NCBI GenBank assembly: GCA_963814065.1 | Contig: CAWFBL010000001.1 | Span: forward strand, 193,663 to 257,662 | Origin: an uncultured Pseudomonadota bacterium | GTDB lineage: Bacteria; Pseudomonadota; Alphaproteobacteria; Rhizobiales; Xanthobacteraceae | Length of the DNA: 64,000 nucleotides | Direction: 5' to 3' | Shown: in pieces, positions 60,088 to 64,000 of the stretch | Layout: each line of letters opens with the position of its first letter | Position numbering within the stretch: position 1 is the stretch's first letter | Program-made: the position numbers and the translations under genes | The notes under the pieces: model-generated | The model's database searches: none | Seen by the model: only the letters and a program-made list of their open reading frames with translations | What the model was told of the DNA's origin: nothing

Positions 60088-60190
60088 GCACGCTTCACCT
60101 CTCCCGTCGAAGTCGGATGTTTCCGACTTCGGCCAATTCATGTGCCGAACCCGGGTAAACCCGAGCTCGGTTGGGAGAGAGGGAGCGCGC
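60088..60190. repeat. Composite REP-like element with perfect 10-bp hairpin CGAAGTCGGA-tgtt-TCCGACTTCG
   Basis: Hairpin at 60108-60131, flanked by outer inverted CTCTCCC...GGGAGAGAG arms. It lies in the intergenic region after the ABC ATPase. Confidence 0.65.
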
Positions 60191-60239
60191 GGTGCTCGTT
60201 GCACCGCTTCAACTCAAACGAACGCGCTCCGGGCAACGC

Positions 60240-60923
60240 TCAATGCAGCGCCGGCAAACGGCGATCTTCCACCAGGCTCGGCCGGTTGTGCGGGGCGCGC
60301 GCCCGCACCCGCGAGCGGTCGGGCCGGCTCTTGGCCGAATGGGTGTGCGCGGGCGGGATGGTGGAGGTCGCCGCGGGGGGCGGCAGTTGGTCCGGCAGAT
60401 ACTTCGCCAGCACCGAAGGATCGAGACTCGCGGTCTCCGCGTCCGGTACCCGCAGCCACACCTCGTCCATGCCCAGCAGCGGGATGCCGAGATAGCCGCG
60501 CACCGTCAGCTTCTCCCCGTCCGGGCTCAGCGTCATCATGGCGTGGTAGATGTCGCCGTCGCGCGGGTCGAGGATGTTGCCCTTCTCGTATTTCAGCCCG
60601 TGCCGCTGCATGCCGCGAATCAGTTCGAGGCCGAGCAGCGGCTGGTTGCGGCGATCGTCGCTGCACTTGCTGCAGATCGGATTGGGCTGATCGGTGGGGC
60701 GCGGAAACAGTTTCGCGACCACGCCCTTGTAGATGTCGTCCTGCTTGACGAACAGGAACCAGATGACCGGCTTTCCCTCGTCGCTCAGCTTCTGCCAGAG
60801 ACCCAGCACGCTCGGCCGGGCCTCGGGGGGCGCCTGTGCCGGCTGCGCGGTCTGGGCCTGGGAAACCGTCGCGCCCATCGCCATGAAGGCGACCAGCGCA
60901 AGCATCGCTACCCGTGCTTTCAA
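60240..60923 (-). CDS. DUF2147 domain-containing exported protein with a long Pro/Arg-rich C-terminal extension
   Basis: Signal peptide followed by [23 protein letters not shown]...[19 protein letters not shown]....[40 protein letters not shown], which is the DUF2147 pattern. I chose the TTG at 60923 (GGGGAGA upstream); the alternative is ATG 60905. The last 80 or so aa are low-complexity. Confidence 0.7.
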   Translation of the reverse strand: MKARVAMLALVAFMAMGATVSQAQTAQPAQAPPEARPSVLGLWQKLSDEGKPVIWFLFVKQDDIYKGVVAKLFPRPTDQPNPICSKCSDDRRNQPLLGLELIRGMQRHGLKYEKGNILDPRDGDIYHAMMTLSPDGEKLTVRGYLGIPLLGMDEVWLRVPDAETASLDPSVLAKYLPDQLPPPAATSTIPPAHTHSAKSRPDRSRVRARAPHNRPSLVEDRRLPALH

Positions 60924-61199
60924 TGTCGTCTCCCCAAATTGCGGGCGTCCATGGCGCACCCTTCTCTTGGGAATATGGCCGTTTCACGAAGCGAGCGGGG
61001 CCGTCATTTGGAATCTTTGCCGGTCGCCAGCCGGGGAAATGCCAGAGTTCCGTTTGCGCGGCGAAAGTCAATACTGATAGAGTCCCAGTCGGTTAGGCGG
61101 GCGGTCGCCGGGGGACGGCGACCGTGAAGGAACCCGTTGCCGATCTCATCGTTGGCAACGAGGGAAAAAAGACCAGCCGGTTGCGGAGGTTGCGCGCTC

Positions 61200-62405
61200 A
61201 TGTCGAAGTCCAACGTCGCCCTCGGCAATCTCCGGGCCGTTGTGATTGTCATCGTGCTGGCGTTCCACTCAGCGCTCGCCTACCTCGCCTCGGTACCGGC
61301 CCAGACCTCGCCCTTCGGCGAGGCGCCGTTTACCTGGCAGGCCTTTCCCGTGGTCGATACCCACCGCTGGATGGGCTTTGACGTGTTCTGCGCCTGGCAG
61401 GACGTCAGCCTGATGTCGCTGATGTTCCTGCTCTCCGGTCTCCTGGCCTCGGGCAGCCTGCGCCGCAAGGGAAGCTGGACCTATATCTCCGACCGGATGT
61501 GGCGAATCGGCGTTCCTTTCCTGCTGGCGATCATCTTCCTGAGCCCGCTCGCCTTCTATCCGGCCTATCTCGCGCGCACCGCGCAGCCGACCTTCTTCGG
61601 CTTCTGGCATCAGTGGTTTTCGCTGCCGTTCTGGCCGAGCGGGCCGGAATGGTTCTTGTGGCAGCTTCTGGCCGCCAACGTGGTGGCCGCCATCCTGTTC
61701 GCCGTCGCGCCGCGCTCGCTCGATGCGCTCAGCCGCTTCGCCGCCTGGGCGGGCAAGCAGCCGGTCAAGTTCTTCGGCGTGTTCGTCGCGCTGTCGATGC
61801 TCGCCTACGTGCCGCTCGCCCTCATCTATTCGCCGTGGAACTGGAGCTCGTTCGGGCCGTTCTCGCTGCAGCTCTGCCGGCCGCTGCATTATCTCGTCTA
61901 CTTCTTCATCGGCTTTGCGCTCGGCAGCTATTCGCTCGAGCGCGGCCTGCTCGACAGCGAGGGGCCGCTGGCGCGCCACTGGCCGGCCTGGCTCGGTACC
62001 GCGGTCGTGTCCTTCTTCGCGTGGGCCGGCATCACGGCCTTGACCCGGCCGGAATGGGCGCAGGCGAGCCCGCTGGTCCAGGTCGCCGCCAGCTTCGCCT
62101 TCCCCGTCGCCTGCGCCGCCGGCGGTCTGTTCCTGCTCGCCATCTCCCTGCGCTTCAGCGACAAGCGCCATTGGGTGCTCGACAGCCTGTCGGCGAACGC
62201 CTACAGCATGTATCTGATCCATTACGTGTTCGTTGTGTGGCTACAATATGCGCTGGTGGGAACCGGCCTGTTCTCGGTCGCCAAGTTCGCGATCGTGCTG
62301 GCCGGCGCGCTGGTCATGAGTTGGGCCAGCAGCGTCGCCTTCCACCGTGTCTTCGGCGCCCAGCTTGTGGCCTTCAAGCGCTCCGTTTTGACCGCGCCAC
62401 ATTGA
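61200..62405 (+). CDS. Acyltransferase family 3 membrane protein (OafA/OpgC-like O-acyltransferase)
   Basis: LRAVVIVIVLAFHSALAY (conserved His in TM1) and about 10 TM segments. 401 aa counted from the ATG at 61200. Confidence 0.8.
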   Translation: MSKSNVALGNLRAVVIVIVLAFHSALAYLASVPAQTSPFGEAPFTWQAFPVVDTHRWMGFDVFCAWQDVSLMSLMFLLSGLLASGSLRRKGSWTYISDRMWRIGVPFLLAIIFLSPLAFYPAYLARTAQPTFFGFWHQWFSLPFWPSGPEWFLWQLLAANVVAAILFAVAPRSLDALSRFAAWAGKQPVKFFGVFVALSMLAYVPLALIYSPWNWSSFGPFSLQLCRPLHYLVYFFIGFALGSYSLERGLLDSEGPLARHWPAWLGTAVVSFFAWAGITALTRPEWAQASPLVQVAASFAFPVACAAGGLFLLAISLRFSDKRHWVLDSLSANAYSMYLIHYVFVVWLQYALVGTGLFSVAKFAIVLAGALVMSWASSVAFHRVFGAQLVAFKRSVLTAPH

Positions 62406-62436
62406 CGTACGAATTGTTCGCGATTGTAGAAGCGAC

Positions 62437-63567
62437 ATGCCGCTGAATTTCACGCTTGCCTCGCGCAACCTGTTCCACGACCGGCTTCGCTTCGTTGCCA
62501 CCACTGTCGGCATCGTGTTTTCGGTCGTGCTGGTCATGGTGCAGATGGGCCTCTATCTCGGCTTCGGCCGGATGGTGACGACCATGGTCGAGCACACCAA
62601 CACCGATCTGTGGGTCATGCGCGAGGGCACGAAATGCTTCGAGGACCCTTCGCTGCTCGGCGACAAGCAACAGGACATCCTCAAGGTGCCGGGCGTCGCC
62701 TCGGCGAGCCCGCTGGTGATCGGCTTTTCGGACTGGCGCCTGCCGAGCGGCGAGATGACACCGGTGTTCCTGGTCGGCTCGGACCTCCAGCGGGGCGACT
62801 TGCAGCCCTGGAACGTGGTCGCCGGCTCGACCAAGGCTCTGTCCGAACCTGGCGCCGTCGCCGTCGACGAGACCTATGACAAGCGGCTCGGCCTCACCGG
62901 CCTCGGCACCAAGGCCAACATCCGCGGCCAGAAGATCCACGTCGTTGCCTTGACCAACGGCATCCGCTCCTTCACCACCACCCCCTTCGTGTTCACGAGT
63001 ATCGAGCAGGCCCGCAAATACATCGGCCTGCCCAAGGGCATGGCGAGCTATTTCCTGGTCAAGCTGAAGCCGGGCGCCGATCGCGCGCAAGTGCGGCACG
63101 CGCTGGAAACGAGCCTGTCCAAGGTCGAGGTGCTGACGACGCCGCAGTTCGCCGAGCGCAGCCGCCAGTTCTGGCTGTTCTCGACCGGCGCCGGCGCCGC
63201 CTTGTTCTTCGGCGCGCTGCTCGGCCTCATCGTCGGCACCGTGATCGTGGCGCAGACGCTCTATTCCAGCACCAAGGATCACATCGACGAATTCGCCACC
63301 CTGCGCGCCATGGGCTCGTCCAACCGCTATATCTACGGCGTCATCATGTATCAGGCGCTGCTCAATGCCGTGATCGGGTTCTGTTTCGCCAGCGTGATCG
63401 GCTTCGGCGTCGTCGCGCTTACCACCAACAGCGCCTTGCCGGTGACGATCACGCCGGCGTTGATGGCGGCCATCCTGGGCCTCACCGTGGTCATGTGCAT
63501 CCTTTCCGCCTTCGCCGCCATCGCGCGGGTGGTGCGCATCGACCCAGTCGTGGTCTTCACCCGATGA
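62437..63567 (+). CDS. ABC transporter permease, FtsX/MacB-type (DevC-like)
   Basis: N-terminus LASRNLFHDRLRF, one TM, a large periplasmic domain, then three C-terminal TMs with the FtsX-like DEFATLRAMG. 376 aa. Confidence 0.85.
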   Translation: MPLNFTLASRNLFHDRLRFVATTVGIVFSVVLVMVQMGLYLGFGRMVTTMVEHTNTDLWVMREGTKCFEDPSLLGDKQQDILKVPGVASASPLVIGFSDWRLPSGEMTPVFLVGSDLQRGDLQPWNVVAGSTKALSEPGAVAVDETYDKRLGLTGLGTKANIRGQKIHVVALTNGIRSFTTTPFVFTSIEQARKYIGLPKGMASYFLVKLKPGADRAQVRHALETSLSKVEVLTTPQFAERSRQFWLFSTGAGAALFFGALLGLIVGTVIVAQTLYSSTKDHIDEFATLRAMGSSNRYIYGVIMYQALLNAVIGFCFASVIGFGVVALTTNSALPVTITPALMAAILGLTVVMCILSAFAAIARVVRIDPVVVFTR

Positions 63568-64000
63568 GCGGGCCCGTTCTCGAGGCGCTCGGCGTCAGCA
63601 AGGTGCTTGGCCGCGGTGCCGGCCAGGTGGAGGCGCTCAAGGGCATCACGCTCACGCTGCGCGGCGGCGAGCTCACCATGCTGATGGGGCCGTCGGGCAG
63701 CGGCAAGACCACGCTGTTGTCCATTCTCGGATGCATGCTGGCGCCGACGGCGGGAGCGGTGCGCGTTGCCGGCCTTTCCACCGAAGGCGCTGCGCCTGAA
63801 GCACTGGCGCGACTGCGCCGTCAGCACATCGGCTTCATCTTCCAGAGCTATCATTTGTTTCCCACGCTGACCGCGTCGGAAAACGTGCAACTGGCGCTGG
63901 ATGTGCGCGGCCGGCATGGCGACGAGGCGCGCCGGCGGGCGGACGAAGCGCTGGCGCGCGTCGGCCTCTCGCACAAGCTCAAATCCTATCCGCATGAATT
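63564..64000 (+). CDS. ABC transporter ATP-binding protein (MacB/LolD/DevA-like), 3' end cut by window edge
   Basis: ATGA overlap with the permease. Walker A GPSGSGKTT, Q-loop FIFQSYHLFPTLTASENV. The frame is open to the window end and is absent from the ORF track because it is truncated. Confidence 0.88.
   Translation, partial: MSGPVLEALGVSKVLGRGAGQVEALKGITLTLRGGELTMLMGPSGSGKTTLLSILGCMLAPTAGAVRVAGLSTEGAAPEALARLRRQHIGFIFQSYHLFPTLTASENVQLALDVRGRHGDEARRRADEALARVGLSHKLKSYPHE

Noticed and set aside
60171-61127. The 318-aa plus-strand ORF overlapping the DUF2147 gene and the upstream intergenic region.
   Set aside because: The translation is Arg/Gly/Ala-rich without motifs. It is antisense to a gene with a clear signal peptide and the DUF2147 pattern, and it begins inside a REP element.

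Overview
High-GC alphaproteobacterial chromosome segment. The intergenic REP hairpins are of the kind I associate with Bradyrhizobiaceae, but I cannot confirm the taxon without a search. The window is densely coding metabolic DNA. I saw no rRNA, tRNA, CRISPR array, transposase or integrase.

Main blocks:
1. 1-2985: a 5'-truncated TRAP permease and a Cys-type sulfatase.
2. 3010-11040: a stand-alone 2150-aa fully reducing type I PKS (KS-AT-DH-ER-KR-ACP). It is divergent from a translationally coupled pair of unknown function, a lipoprotein-like protein and a 5-TM CxxC membrane protein.
3. 11037-25115: an organosulfonate island. It holds pta, a citrate-synthase paralogue, tctCBA, an IclR regulator, xsc (sulfoacetaldehyde acetyltransferase), a CoA-acylating aldehyde dehydrogenase, a SucCD-type CoA ligase, and a LysR/YeiH-family exporter operon. 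CBS, ATP sulfurylase and a metallophosphoesterase follow at 25277-28062.
4. 28344-38933: an uncharacterised LysR-associated catabolic cluster (MLE-type enolase, TauD-family dioxygenase, GST, two beta-hydroxyacid dehydrogenases, TRAP-QMP, FAD oxidase).
5. 39073-54335: a purine uptake and catabolism supercluster. It holds an XDH-family Mo enzyme, an 8-oxoguanine-deaminase-like amidohydrolase, a BMP-type nucleoside ABC importer, PuuD, DUF3830, PuuE, a fused OHCU decarboxylase/HIU hydrolase, and an allantoate-amidohydrolase-like gene.
6. 54614-64000: a peptide-type ABC importer, a DUF2147 protein, an acyltransferase-3 and a DevC/DevA-like ABC pair cut by the window edge.

Most noteworthy:
- The xsc island looks like a sulfoacetate-type pathway in which a two-subunit ADP-forming (SucCD-like) ligase and a TTT transporter occupy the ligase and transporter positions.
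- A shared TCTCA-N5-TGAGA palindrome sits in front of pta/citrate synthase and of tctC.
- The orphan PKS lies next to the CxxC membrane-protein module.
- Three genes carry reading-frame disruptions, six events in total, all of the same +1 sign. The sucD-like gene lost its stop, the XDH large subunit is split, and the allC-like gene has four shifts. This points either to real decay or to systematic insertion errors.
- Composite REP elements recur at operon junctions, and one pair flanks the XDH-deaminase block.

All functional calls rest on motif and family recognition by eye. No database search was possible.
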